Origin: Pseudomonadota bacterium
GTDB lineage: Bacteria > Pseudomonadota > Gammaproteobacteria > Steroidobacterales > Steroidobacteraceae
Direction: 5' to 3'
Assembly (NCBI GenBank): GCA_018241445.1
Contig: JAFEDT010000002.1
Location: 66,855 to 130,854, forward strand
Length of the DNA stretch: 64,000 bases
Within the stretch, counting starts at the first letter, position 1; every line of letters begins with the position of its first letter. Position numbers and translations under genes: made by a program. The notes under the pieces are model-generated. The model was not told the origin of the DNA and did no database searches. It saw only the letters and a list, made by a program, of their open reading frames with translations. Below are positions 54,669 to 64,000 of this stretch, piece after piece.

Positions 54669-55340
54669 TCAGCCCAAGGACCTGGCAGGGCTCAGCGCCG
54701 CGGTCAGCCGCCGCGTCACCTCATCCGGGTCCCCCTGGGCATCGATACTGCGCAGCAGTCCACGGCTGCGGTAGTACTCCACCAGCGGCCGCGTCTGCTC
54801 GTCGTACACCCGCAGCCGTTCGGTGACCGTGGCCTCGTTGTCGTCCGGCCGCTGTACCAGCCGATGCGGCTTGCCGGTCTTCGGGCACGGTTCGGCCGGG
54901 TCACAGGCCTGCGCGGCGGTCAGCACGTTGCACACCCGGCCGCAGTCCGCGCAGCTGCGCCGCCCGGAGATGCGCGGCACCAGTTCGCGGTAGTCGACTT
55001 CCAGCTGCACCACGGCATCCAGCGGCTGGCCGAGCGAGGTCAGCATCTCCTTGAGGGCCTGCGCCTGGGCGAGATTGCGTGGGAAGCCGTCGAGGATAAA
55101 ACCCGCACGGGCATCGGGCTCGGACAGGCGCTCGCGGATCATGCCCAGCACGATGCTGTCGTCCACCAGGCGGCCGGCGTCCATCGCAGCCTTCGCCTGC
55201 AGGCCCAGGGGGGTGCCACGGGCCAATGCCGCCCGCAGCAGATCACCGCTGGAAATCTGGGGGATGCCGAGCTTCTGTACGAGACGCTGGGACTGGGTGC
55301 CCTTGCCGGAGCCTGGGGCTCCCAACAGAACAATGCGCAT
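54669..55340 (-). CDS. adk: Adenylate kinase (long, Cys-rich LID)
   Basis: Part of ORF 54669..55400, start MRIVLLGAPGSGKGTQ at 55340. It has ILDGFPR. The LID is GRRSCADCGRVCNVLTAAQACDPAEPCPKTGKPHRLVQRPDD. Confidence 0.95.
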   Translation of the reverse strand: MRIVLLGAPGSGKGTQSQRLVQKLGIPQISSGDLLRAALARGTPLGLQAKAAMDAGRLVDDSIVLGMIRERLSEPDARAGFILDGFPRNLAQAQALKEMLTSLGQPLDAVVQLEVDYRELVPRISGRRSCADCGRVCNVLTAAQACDPAEPCPKTGKPHRLVQRPDDNEATVTERLRVYDEQTRPLVEYYRSRGLLRSIDAQGDPDEVTRRLTAALSPARSLG

Positions 55341-55492
55341 TAACGACGAAACCCCCTGAAATCCGCGGCCGCCCTGCGGGGCGATACCGCTGGCCGGCAA
55401 CGTTACCGACGACCCCCGCGCAGGTCAAACCCGCGGCCGGGCACACCGATCGCGAGCCGTCGCGGGTACGGCTTGCGCTATCCTTCCACCCC

Positions 55493-56761
55493 ATGAAGAA
55501 GAACGCTCCGGTCCGTAACGCCTTTTACGCCCAGTCCGGGGGCGTATCCGCCGTCATCAACGCCTCCGCCTGCGGGGTGATCGAGACCGCGTTGCGATCG
55601 AAGCACATCGGCAAGGTGTACGCCGGGCGCGACGGCATCGTCGGCGCACTCACCGAGGACCTGATCGACACCACCCGCGAGAGCGCCGCCACGATCCGCG
55701 GGCTGAAGCACACCCCGGCAGGGGCCTTCGGTTCTGCGCGTTTCAAACTGAAGGGCCTGGAGCAGAACCGCGCCGAGTACGAGCGCCTGATCGAAGTGTT
55801 TCGCGCCCACAACATCGGCTACTTCTTCTACAACGGCGGCAACGACTCGATGGACACGGCCCTGAAGGTGTCGCAGCTGGGCGCCTCGCTCGGCTACCCG
55901 GTGACCTGTGTCGGCGTGCCCAAGACCGTCGACAACGACCTGCCGCACACCGACTGCTGCCCGGGCTTCGGCTCGGTGGCCAAGTACGTCGCCGTGTCCA
56001 CGCGCGAGGCGTCGCTCGACGTGGCCTCCATGGCGCGCACTTCCACCAAGGTGTTCGTGCTGGAAGTCATGGGCCGCCACGCCGGCTGGATCGCCGCCGC
56101 CGCCGGCCTGGCGGGGCGCGGACCCGAGGAGACACCGCACATCATCCTGCTGCCGGAGGTTCCCTTCGAGCAGCAGAAATTCCTGGACCGCGTGCGCCAG
56201 TGCGTCACCGACCACGGCTACTGCGTCATCGTGGTCTCCGAGGGCGCCGCCTGGGCCGACGGCCGGTTCCTGGCGGATGCCGGCACGCGCGACGCCTTCG
56301 GCCATACACAGCTGGGGGGCGTCGGCCCGGTCGTGGCCAACATGGTGCGCGAGGCGCACGGCTACAAGTACCACTGGGCAGTGGCGGACTACCTGCAGCG
56401 CGCCGCGCGGCACATCGCCTCGCGCGTCGACGTCGAGCAGGCCTATGCCGTCGGCAAGGCCGCGGTGGAACTGGCGGTCAGGGGTGTCAACGCCGTCATG
56501 CCGACCATCGTGCGCAAGTCCAGCAAGCCCTATCGCTGGACGATCGGCCATGCGCCCCTGTCGGAGGTCGCCAACAAGGAGAAGAAGCTGCCGCCGGACT
56601 TCATCCGCACCGACGGTTTCGGCATTACCGCGAAGTGCCGCCGTTACCTGGAACCGCTGATCGCGGGTGAGTCCTACCCGCCATACCGTAACGGGCTGCC
56701 GCAGTACGCGCGTATCAGGGGCGTGCGGGTACGCCGCAAGCTGGGAGACTTCAAGGTGTAG
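55493..56761 (+). CDS. pfp: Pyrophosphate-dependent 6-phosphofructokinase
   Basis: Part of ORF 55226..56761, start MKKNAPVRNAFYAQSGG at 55493. GGNDS (Asp where ATP-PFKs have Gly in GGDGS) and PKTVDND (Lys where ATP-PFKs have Gly) are the PPi-type discriminators. Confidence 0.85.
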   Translation: MKKNAPVRNAFYAQSGGVSAVINASACGVIETALRSKHIGKVYAGRDGIVGALTEDLIDTTRESAATIRGLKHTPAGAFGSARFKLKGLEQNRAEYERLIEVFRAHNIGYFFYNGGNDSMDTALKVSQLGASLGYPVTCVGVPKTVDNDLPHTDCCPGFGSVAKYVAVSTREASLDVASMARTSTKVFVLEVMGRHAGWIAAAAGLAGRGPEETPHIILLPEVPFEQQKFLDRVRQCVTDHGYCVIVVSEGAAWADGRFLADAGTRDAFGHTQLGGVGPVVANMVREAHGYKYHWAVADYLQRAARHIASRVDVEQAYAVGKAAVELAVRGVNAVMPTIVRKSSKPYRWTIGHAPLSEVANKEKKLPPDFIRTDGFGITAKCRRYLEPLIAGESYPPYRNGLPQYARIRGVRVRRKLGDFKV

Positions 56762-56862
56762 GCAGCGCTACGGGCCCCAGGCAGCGCCCACCGCTGCCCC
56801 GGCGGCGCTGAAGGCCCGGCCCCGGGGCATGTTATAGTCCGCGGCCATTTTCAGGGGGAGAA

Positions 56863-58920
56863 TTGCCGATGGATGCCACGACGTGGCTTTGGGCCGCCAT
56901 TGCGGCCGGTATTCTGGCGGTGGTCTACGGCGTGCTGTCCATGGGGGCGATCCTGCGCCTGCCGGCCGGCAACGAACGCATGCAGGAAATCGCGGCGGCA
57001 GTGCAGGCCGGCGCCAAGGCCTACCTCAACCGTCAGTACTCCACCATCCTGCTGGTCGGCGTGATCCTGTTCCTGGTCATCGGCTTCTGGCTGGGCTGGC
57101 CGACTGCCGGCGGCTTCGCGGTCGGCGCGGTGCTCTCGGGCCTGACCGGCTACATCGGCATGAACATCTCGGTGCGCGCCAATGTACGCACCGCGCAGGC
57201 CGCCACCGGCGGCCTGAACGCCGCGCTCAGCGTGGCCTTCCGCGGCGGCGCCATCACCGGCATGCTGGTGGTGGGCCTGGGCCTGATCGGGGTGGCCGGC
57301 TACTACGCGGTGCTGCGACAGATCCCCTCGGTCGGTCCCGAGGGTGCGCTGCACGCGCTGATCGGGCTGGCCTTCGGCGGCTCGCTGATCTCGATCTTCG
57401 CCCGCCTGGGCGGTGGCATCTTCACCAAGGGCGCCGACGTCGGCGCCGACCTGGTCGGCAAGGTGGAAGCCGGCATTCCCGAGGACGACCCGCGCAACCC
57501 GGCGGTGATCGCCGACAACGTCGGTGACAATGTCGGCGACTGCGCCGGCATGGCGGCCGACCTGTTCGAGACCTACGCGGTGACCATCGTGGCCACCATG
57601 TTGCTCGGCGGCCTGCTGTTTGCGAAGGACGGCGCGGCCGCGGTGCAGGCGGCGGTGATTTATCCGCTCGCCCTCGGCGCCGCCTCGATCGTCGCCTCCA
57701 TCATCGGCACCTTCTTCGTTTCGACCCGCGAAGGCGGCAAGATCATGAACGCGCTCTACAAGGGCGTGATCGTGTCGGCAGTGGTGTCGGCGATCGCTTT
57801 CTGGTTCATCACGCGCCAGATCATGCCCGGCAGCTTCGCCACGCTCTACGGCTGCTCGCTCATCGGCCTGGGCCTGACGGCGGCCATGATCATGATCACC
57901 GAGTATTACACCGCCACCGAGTACAGCCCGGTGCGCAAGGTCGCCGCGGCCTCGCAGACCGGGCACGCCACCAACATCATCGCCGGCCTGGGCGTGTCGA
58001 TGAAGGCCACGGCACTGCCGGTGGTGGCGGTGTGCCTCGCGATCTGGGGCGCCTACACCCTCGACGGGCTGTATGGCATCGCCATCGCTGCCACCTCCAT
58101 GCTGTCGATGACCGGCATGATCGTGGCGCTGGACGCGTACGGTCCGATCACCGACAACGCCGGCGGCATTGCGGAGATGGCGGGTTTACCCAGGCAGGTG
58201 CGCGACATCACCGACCCGCTGGACGCGGTGGGCAACACCACCAAGGCCGTGACCAAGGGCTACGCAATCGGTTCGGCGGGCCTGGCGGCGCTGGTGCTGT
58301 TTGCCGACTACACCCACAACCTGGAAGCGGCCGGCAAGCTGGTTACTTTCTCGCTGTCCGATCCGGCCGTGATCATCGGCCTGTTCATCGGCGGCCTGGT
58401 GCCCTACCTGTTCGGCGCCATGGCGATGGAGGCCGTGGGCCGCGCCGCCGGCGCGGTGGTCACCGAGGTGCGGCGCCAGTTCCGCGAGATCAAGGGCATC
58501 ATGTCGGGCGAAGCCAAGCCCGACTACTCGCGCGCAGTGGACCTGCTGACGCGCGCCGCCATCCGCGAAATGATCGTGCCGTCGTTGTTGCCGATCCTGG
58601 TGCCGATCGTGCTGGTCGTGGTCCTCAACCTGCTGATGGGACCGGGCGCCGGCGTGCGCGCCCTGGGGGGACTGCTGATCGGCACCATCGTCACCGGGCT
58701 GTTCGTGGCCATCTCCATGACCACTGGCGGCGGCGCCTGGGACAATGCCAAGAAGTACATCGAGGAAGGCAACTTCGGCGGCAAGGGCTCGGACGCGCAC
58801 AAGGCCGCGGTGACGGGCGACACGGTCGGCGATCCCTACAAGGACACCGCCGGCCCTGCAATCAACCCGCTCATCAAGATCATCAACATCGTTGCGCTGC
58901 TGTTGGTCCCGCTGCTTTAA
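56863..58920 (+). CDS. hppA: Membrane H+-translocating pyrophosphatase, K+-independent type
   Basis: 685-aa polytopic protein with [29 protein letters not shown] and [13 protein letters not shown]. Lys in GNTTKA marks the K+-independent class. Confidence 0.95.
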   Translation: MPMDATTWLWAAIAAGILAVVYGVLSMGAILRLPAGNERMQEIAAAVQAGAKAYLNRQYSTILLVGVILFLVIGFWLGWPTAGGFAVGAVLSGLTGYIGMNISVRANVRTAQAATGGLNAALSVAFRGGAITGMLVVGLGLIGVAGYYAVLRQIPSVGPEGALHALIGLAFGGSLISIFARLGGGIFTKGADVGADLVGKVEAGIPEDDPRNPAVIADNVGDNVGDCAGMAADLFETYAVTIVATMLLGGLLFAKDGAAAVQAAVIYPLALGAASIVASIIGTFFVSTREGGKIMNALYKGVIVSAVVSAIAFWFITRQIMPGSFATLYGCSLIGLGLTAAMIMITEYYTATEYSPVRKVAAASQTGHATNIIAGLGVSMKATALPVVAVCLAIWGAYTLDGLYGIAIAATSMLSMTGMIVALDAYGPITDNAGGIAEMAGLPRQVRDITDPLDAVGNTTKAVTKGYAIGSAGLAALVLFADYTHNLEAAGKLVTFSLSDPAVIIGLFIGGLVPYLFGAMAMEAVGRAAGAVVTEVRRQFREIKGIMSGEAKPDYSRAVDLLTRAAIREMIVPSLLPILVPIVLVVVLNLLMGPGAGVRALGGLLIGTIVTGLFVAISMTTGGGAWDNAKKYIEEGNFGGKGSDAHKAAVTGDTVGDPYKDTAGPAINPLIKIINIVALLLVPLL

Positions 58921-59211
58921 CTGGCCCCCGCTTACAACCGCGACCGTGGCCCGGCGTCCATCTTCGCCGTGCGGGTGCACGCGCAGGTCTGAGGCGGATG
59001 GCCGCGCCACGCAAGAGATGCATTCCCCGAGCGAAAGTTGAGCACTGACTTCACTGTCCGGAGCGCGCCCCTCCGACCCATGGATTGATTTTAAAAGAGA
59101 TTCTGGCGTTGAGGACCTGCTGTTCACTGAAGCGGATCGTTGAATAAGCCGCTACGGACCTGCTCCATCCCCCCTCTGCGCTGACGCGGGAGGCAGGTGC
59201 GACCTGCCGCC

Positions 59212-60483
59212 CTATCCGTCCCGCAGCAGCGGCTCGATCAGCTGCAGCAGGTGCTGCAGCGCGCCGCGGTTGGCCTCCACCACCGCGCGCCCCGCCGCCC
59301 CCATGCGTTCGCGGGCCGCCGCGTCCGCCAGCAGACCGCAGACCTGCCCGGCCAGCTCCGACGCATCGTTGACGATGCGCGCTGCACCGCTGTCGATCAG
59401 CAGCCGCGCCACGGCGGCCCCGTTGGAATTGCTGGGCCCGGTCAGCACCGGCACGCCCAGCGCCGCCGGCTCCAGCAGGTTGTGGCCACCGATGGGCACC
59501 AGGCTGCCGCCCACGAAGGCCACCTGCGCCGCGGCGTAAAAATCCAGCAGCTCGCCCAGTGTGTCCAGCAGCAGGGCGACGCACCCCCGCGGCAGCAAGC
59601 CCCCGCCCGCCATGGTGCGGCGTTCGAAGGGCAGGCCCGATTGCTGCAGCAGTTGCGCAACTTCGGCGAAGCGCGGCGGGTGGCGCGGGGCGAGCACCAA
59701 CAGCGCCTGAGGATGCTGTCGCAGCACCGTGCGATGCGCCTCCAGGACCGCCCGCTCCTCGCCGGCGTGCGTACTGCCCGCGACCCACAGCCCCCGTGTC
59801 CCCGAGTAGTGGTTGCGCACCTGCGCGGCGCGGATCCCGATGTCGGCTGGCAGCTGGAAATCGAACTTGAAGCTGCCGGTGACGTGCGTGCCGTCGGGGC
59901 GCGCGCCCAACTCGCGGAAGCGCTGTGCGTCCGCCTCGCCCTGGGTCGCCAGCACGCTGACCTGCGCCAGCGTGTCGCGGAACAGGCTGCCCAGCCGCGC
60001 GTAGCGCTGCGCCGAGCGCGGCGAGATGCGCGCACTTGCCATGACCAGGGGTATGCGCTGCCGGCCGCACTCGCGGTACAGGTTGGGCCACAGCTCCGTC
60101 TCGATGATCACCGCCAGCCGCGGCTGCACCCGGCGCAGGAAGCGCCGCACTGCACCGGGCAGATCGAAGGGCAGGTAGCGCACCTGTGCCTGCGTGCCGA
60201 ACAGGCCGCGCGCGCGCGCCGCGCCCGTCGGGGTCACCACCGTCACCAGCAGCGGCAGGTCGGGGTGACGCTGGCGCAGTGCGGTCACCAGCGGTGCGCA
60301 GGCCTGCACCTCGCCAACCGACACGGCGTGCAGCCACACGCCGCCGGCGGGCAGCGGCGCGCCGAATCCGAAGCGCTCGCCGAAGTTGCCCCGCCAGGCG
60401 CGGTCGCGCAGGCCGCGCCACAGGAACAGCAGCGATATCAGTGGCGCGGCCAGCCAGACCGCGAGCAGGTACAGCAGGCGCAC
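59212..60483 (-). CDS. waaA: 3-deoxy-D-manno-octulosonic acid (Kdo) transferase
   Basis: Part of ORF 59212..60948, probable GTG start at 60483 (VRLLYLLAVWLAAPL). It has WLHAVSVGE, ETELWPN and GGSLVPIGGHNLLEPA. Confidence 0.92.
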   Translation of the reverse strand: MRLLYLLAVWLAAPLISLLFLWRGLRDRAWRGNFGERFGFGAPLPAGGVWLHAVSVGEVQACAPLVTALRQRHPDLPLLVTVVTPTGAARARGLFGTQAQVRYLPFDLPGAVRRFLRRVQPRLAVIIETELWPNLYRECGRQRIPLVMASARISPRSAQRYARLGSLFRDTLAQVSVLATQGEADAQRFRELGARPDGTHVTGSFKFDFQLPADIGIRAAQVRNHYSGTRGLWVAGSTHAGEERAVLEAHRTVLRQHPQALLVLAPRHPPRFAEVAQLLQQSGLPFERRTMAGGGLLPRGCVALLLDTLGELLDFYAAAQVAFVGGSLVPIGGHNLLEPAALGVPVLTGPSNSNGAAVARLLIDSGAARIVNDASELAGQVCGLLADAAARERMGAAGRAVVEANRGALQHLLQLIEPLLRDG

Positions 60484-60485
60484 CG

Positions 60486-61184
60486 TCAGCCCGTCAGGGG
60501 CCCCGCCCCGCTGGACTGGCGGTAACCGTCCAGCAGTGCAAACCAGTCCGACTCGGTGAAGCGCTCCGGTGGCAGACCCCAGGTGATCTTCTCCAGCGAA
60601 CGGCGCAGGCGCACCAGGTTGCCGTCGCGCCATAAGCCCGGCGCGCGCAGCCGGCAGCGATCGAAGTCGATGAGGTAGACTTCGTCCTCGCTCAGCAGGA
60701 TGTTGTGGGCATTGAGGTCGGCGTGGCACACGCCCAGGTCGTGGAAGCGGCGGATGCAGCGGCCAATGGCAATCCAGGTGACCACCGACAGGGCGCCACG
60801 TGCCAGGCACTGCGCCAGCGAGCCCACGGCCGCCAGGCGCTCGGTGATGATGTCGCCGGTGTAGCGCGCACCCTGGCGCTGGTAGCGCGCCGCCACCGGC
60901 GCCGGCACCGGCAGTCCGGCGCGGTGCAGGCGGTAGGTCAGTTGCCATTCGGCGAACGGACGGGTCGCCTCCTCGCCGCGCCAGGAATAACGGTCGCCCC
61001 GCAAATGCGCCAGCATTCCGCCGCGCCGGTAGTGGCGCAGCACGCAGGCGCGGCCCTGGGCGCGAATGAAGTATGCGGTGCCGCGGCCGCGCGACCCGCC
61101 CTCCAATTCGTTGCGGCCCTGCCAGTATTTCGGCTCGAACCAGCGGGCACTCAAATTGCCCGCGCGCGAGCTGTCATATAGCAT
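60486..61184 (-). CDS. kdkA: Kdo kinase
   Basis: Part of ORF 60486..61706, start MLYDSSRAG at 61184. It has VLRHYRRGG and the kinase catalytic loop GVCHADLNAHNILL...YLIDFDR. The stop is 2 nt from the waaA start. Confidence 0.85.
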   Translation of the reverse strand: MLYDSSRAGNLSARWFEPKYWQGRNELEGGSRGRGTAYFIRAQGRACVLRHYRRGGMLAHLRGDRYSWRGEEATRPFAEWQLTYRLHRAGLPVPAPVAARYQRQGARYTGDIITERLAAVGSLAQCLARGALSVVTWIAIGRCIRRFHDLGVCHADLNAHNILLSEDEVYLIDFDRCRLRAPGLWRDGNLVRLRRSLEKITWGLPPERFTESDWFALLDGYRQSSGAGPLTG

Positions 61185-61257
61185 GGCGCCGCCCGCGTCG
61201 GCCTCGCGCTTCACCTCCGGACCCAGCGCCCAGCGCCCCGTCATCGCCTTGCTCCCG

Positions 61258-62322
61258 ATGTTGTCTTCCGCCGAACCGCCGCGCAGTGTCTGCATCCTCA
61301 GGCTGTCGGCTCTCGGCGATACCTCGCACGTCGTGCCGATCGTGCGCACGCTGCAGCAGGCGTGGCCGGCGGCGGCGATCACCTGGGTGATCGGCAGGAC
61401 CGAGGCGCGCCTGATGAGCCCGCTCGACGGGGTGGAGTTTATCATCGTCGACAAGCGCGCCGGACTCGGCGCGCTGCGCGCCCTGCGTCGGCAGCTGCGC
61501 CACCGGCACTTCGACCTGCTGCTGCATATGCAGCTGGCGCTGCGCGCCAGCCTGGTCGCCGCCTGTATTCCGGCGCGGCTGCGGCTGGGATTCGACCGGC
61601 CCCGCGCCCGCGAGCTGCAGTGGCTGTTCACCAATGCGCGCATCGCACCGCGGCGCCGCGAGCACGTCCTCGACAGCTTCTTCGGCTTCACCGACGCGCT
61701 TGGCATTGCGACACGGGTGCTGCGCTGGGACCTGCCGCTGCCCGCCGCGGCGCTGGACTACGCTGCCGGCCTGATCCCGGACGCCACGCCCACCCTGGTC
61801 ATCAGCCCCTGCTCCAGCCACCCGCTGCGCAACTGGCGCAGCGCACGCTACGCGGCGCTGGCGCAGTACGCGTACCGGCGCCATGGCATGCGGGTGATCC
61901 TCGCCGGCGGACCCACGCCGATGGAGCGCCAGGCAGGCGCGCAGATCGAACGCGACTGTGCCGCGCCGCTGATCAACCAGATCGGCCGGGATACGCTGCC
62001 ACAACTGCTGGCGCTGCTGGCGCGGGCCACGGCGCTGGTCAGTCCGGACTCCGGTCCTGCGCACATGGCGACCATGGCGGGCACCCCCTGCATCGGCTTG
62101 TACGCCGCCACCAACCCGGCGCGCAGTGGCCCATACCTGTCGCGCCAGTGGTGTGTAGACGCATACACACTCGCCGCGCGCACGTTCCGCGGCTGCGAGC
62201 CCGAGGCCCTGCCCTGGCACCACAAGATCGAGGAACCGGGTGTGATGGACCTGATCGGGGTCGACGAGGTGATCGCCAGGCTCGACGCGCTCATGGCAGC
62301 CCGTATACTGCCGCCCCCATGA
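61258..62322 (+). CDS. GT9-family LPS heptosyltransferase
   Basis: Part of ORF 61066..62322; start uncertain (MLSSAEPP at 61258, or 61183). It has ILRLSALGDTSHVVPIVRTL, DLLLHMQ and LVSPDSGPAHMATMAGTPCIGLY. It is divergent from kdkA-waaA. Confidence 0.85.
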   Translation: MLSSAEPPRSVCILRLSALGDTSHVVPIVRTLQQAWPAAAITWVIGRTEARLMSPLDGVEFIIVDKRAGLGALRALRRQLRHRHFDLLLHMQLALRASLVAACIPARLRLGFDRPRARELQWLFTNARIAPRRREHVLDSFFGFTDALGIATRVLRWDLPLPAAALDYAAGLIPDATPTLVISPCSSHPLRNWRSARYAALAQYAYRRHGMRVILAGGPTPMERQAGAQIERDCAAPLINQIGRDTLPQLLALLARATALVSPDSGPAHMATMAGTPCIGLYAATNPARSGPYLSRQWCVDAYTLAARTFRGCEPEALPWHHKIEEPGVMDLIGVDEVIARLDALMAARILPPP

Positions 62323-62711
62323 AGGACATCCTGGTACCGATTTCCCCGGGCGAGCTGCTGGACAAGATCACCATCCTGCGCATCAAGGCCGCGCGCATGG
62401 AGGACCCCGCCAGGCTGGCCAACGTGAGGCTGGAACTGTCGCTGCTGGAGCAGACCTGGCGGGAATCCGGTGCCGCGACCGCCGAGGTGAGCGCGGACGA
62501 GCGCGCACTGCAGGCGGTCAACGAGCAGCTGTGGGACATCGAGGACCGCATTCGCGACAAGGAGGCCCGCCAGAGCTTCGACCGCGATTTCATCGAGCTG
62601 GCGCGCGCGGTCTACGTGTCCAACGACGAACGCGCCGCCATCAAGAAGCGCATCAACGCGCAGCTCGGCTCGCGCCTGGTCGAGGAAAAATCCTACCGGC
62701 AGTATCGCTAG
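62319..62711 (+). CDS. Small conserved hypothetical protein, helical/coiled-coil, coupled to the heptosyltransferase gene
   Basis: The last 130 codons of ORF 61362..62711. The ATG at 62319 overlaps the GT9 stop (ATGA). The sequence is MKDILVPISPGELLDKITILRIKAARM...NEQLWDIEDRIRDKE. From memory it resembles a DUF family found next to LPS core genes (unverified). Confidence 0.6.
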   Translation: MKDILVPISPGELLDKITILRIKAARMEDPARLANVRLELSLLEQTWRESGAATAEVSADERALQAVNEQLWDIEDRIRDKEARQSFDRDFIELARAVYVSNDERAAIKKRINAQLGSRLVEEKSYRQYR

Positions 62712-62714
62712 CCG

Positions 62715-64000
62715 TCACGAACCCGGCGGGACCACCGGCGTCAGACTCTGGGGCGTCTCCTTCACCGGTGAAGTGGCCGCGGTCGCCGTCAACCAGGCGT
62801 TGATCTCGTTGAGCTGCTGGCGATCCAGCGTGCCGGCCGCGAGTCGCAGCAGCATCGTACTGATGATGTAGTCGTAGCGGCTGGCCGAGTAATCGGTGGA
62901 GGCCTGCACCAGGTTGCGCCGCGCGTTCAGGACATCCACCGACGTGCGGGTGCCGACCTGGTAGCCCGCCTCGGTCGCCCTGAGCGCGGTGCGGCTGGAT
63001 TCCAGCGCCTGGCGCAGCGCCTGCACGCGCGCAATGCCGCTGATCACACCCAGGTAGGCGTCGCGCGCCTGCCGTTCGGTGGCGCGTGAACTCTGCACCA
63101 CCGCTTCGCGCGCGGCCTGCCAGCGATACTCGCTCTCGCGAACCTTGGACTGCGCATGACCGCCGGAGAATATCGGCAGGGAGAACTGCAGCCCGATCTG
63201 CCGATCGTTGAACTTGTCGTTCACGTTGGGGAACGGCAGGCCGTCGAACACCTGGTCCGCGATACCCTTGGTGTAGCTGCGCCCGGCTACCAGGTCGAGT
63301 GTCGGCAGATGCCCGCCTATGGCGCTGCGCACGTTGTCGCGCGCGATGTCCGCCGCCAGGCGGCTGGAAATCAGCGACAGGTTCTGGTCCAGCGACACCT
63401 GCACCCAGCGATCCTCGTCCGCGGGCGCGGGGTTGCGCAGCGGCATCTGCTCGCCGGGTTTGGCGAGACTGTCGTACTTCTGGCCGGTGATCTCACGCAG
63501 CTGATCCTCGGAGGTTGCGCGCACGCGCTTGGCGGCGATCACCGCCGCGGCGGCGGTATCGCGCGCCGCCTGTGCATCCTGCACGTCCGTCACCGCGATC
63601 AGTCCGACGTCGAAGCGCTTGTTGGCCTGGTCGAGCTGGCGGGAAATCGCCTCGAGCGCGGCCTGGTTGGCGTCCAGGCTGTCGTCCGCTGCCAGCACAT
63701 TGAAGTAGGCGCGCGCCACACGCAGGATCAGGTCCTGCTCGGCGGCCTGGTAGTCGGCCTCCGCCTGCGCCACCTGGCTGCTGGCCGCCTTGAGCGCCAT
63801 CCAGTTGGACCACGAGAACAGGTTCTGGCGGAGGTTGAGCGACCAGTTGCGCGTGGTGGTGTCGATCGTGATCGGAAACGGCAGCACCTGTGGGTGCGGC
63901 AGCCCGGTGACCGGGTCGTTGAGCACCGTCACCTGGTCCTGGTTGCCGCTGTTGTGGTCGCGGGTGATCCCGGCGGTCCCGGTGACCTGCGGCAGCAGCG
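62715..64000 (-). CDS. tolC: TolC-family outer-membrane channel (5' end beyond the right edge)
   Basis: ORF 62715..63932 stays open to the window end. It shows the duplicated OMF repeat structure (ADYQAAEQDLILRVARAYFNVLAADD...; ...ARDAYLGVISGIARVQAL...VGTRTSVDVLNA). Confidence 0.85.
   Translation of the reverse strand, partial: LLPQVTGTAGITRDHNSGNQDQVTVLNDPVTGLPHPQVLPFPITIDTTTRNWSLNLRQNLFSWSNWMALKAASSQVAQAEADYQAAEQDLILRVARAYFNVLAADDSLDANQAALEAISRQLDQANKRFDVGLIAVTDVQDAQAARDTAAAAVIAAKRVRATSEDQLREITGQKYDSLAKPGEQMPLRNPAPADEDRWVQVSLDQNLSLISSRLAADIARDNVRSAIGGHLPTLDLVAGRSYTKGIADQVFDGLPFPNVNDKFNDRQIGLQFSLPIFSGGHAQSKVRESEYRWQAAREAVVQSSRATERQARDAYLGVISGIARVQALRQALESSRTALRATEAGYQVGTRTSVDVLNARRNLVQASTDYSASRYDYIISTMLLRLAAGTLDRQQLNEINAWLTATAATSPVKETPQSLTPVVPPGS

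Noticed and set aside
58186-59127. 313-aa minus-strand ORF starting in the hppA-waaA spacer
   Set aside because: Only about 68 codons lie in non-coding DNA. The rest is antisense to hppA, and no ribosome-binding site or motif is visible.
59051-60525. 456-aa (-) and 442-aa (+) ORFs overlapping waaA
   Set aside because: They are out-of-frame or antisense relative to the clearly recognisable Kdo transferase and have no motifs.

Overview
High-GC (roughly two-thirds G+C by eye) gammaproteobacterial chromosomal segment. Gene order and protein signatures look most like a Xanthomonadales/Nevskiales-type organism (tentative). The window is almost fully coding and is dominated by conserved housekeeping loci: the start of the dcw cluster (mraZ with its promoter and operator), yraN-lpoA/rsmI, RNase P RNA, sspAB, cytochrome bc1 (petABC), a DegS/AlgW-like protease, pentose-phosphate genes (pgl; gnd-zwf), ibaG-murA, kdsDC-lptCAB-rpoN-hpf-rapZ, tkt-gap-pgk-pyk, cpdA, two LPS-core clusters (GT4/GT4/GT2 and waaA-kdkA/GT9), mpl, rnd, adk, a pyrophosphate module (pfp-hppA) and tolC. 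Three blocks look accessory. (i) 10.2-21.9 kb holds a TonB-dependent receptor, then three TPR-fused modification enzymes (sulfotransferase, GT9-like glycosyltransferase, Asp/Asn beta-hydroxylase) with a translationally coupled small secreted protein, a tandem-retropepsin protease and a vanadium-haloperoxidase/PAP2-like protein. (ii) A vapBC toxin-antitoxin pair sits where the mla operon normally precedes ibaG-murA. (iii) 33.3-40.1 kb holds a MoxR ATPase-vWA-patatin operon, preceded by a penicillin/AHL-acylase-family Ntn hydrolase and an orphan Bug/TctC binding protein. I recognised no rRNA, tRNA, CRISPR, transposase or integrase. All calls rest on my own reading of the translated ORFs, motifs and synteny; no database search was possible. 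Many long ORFs in the track are antisense shadow ORFs typical of high-GC DNA and were not called.
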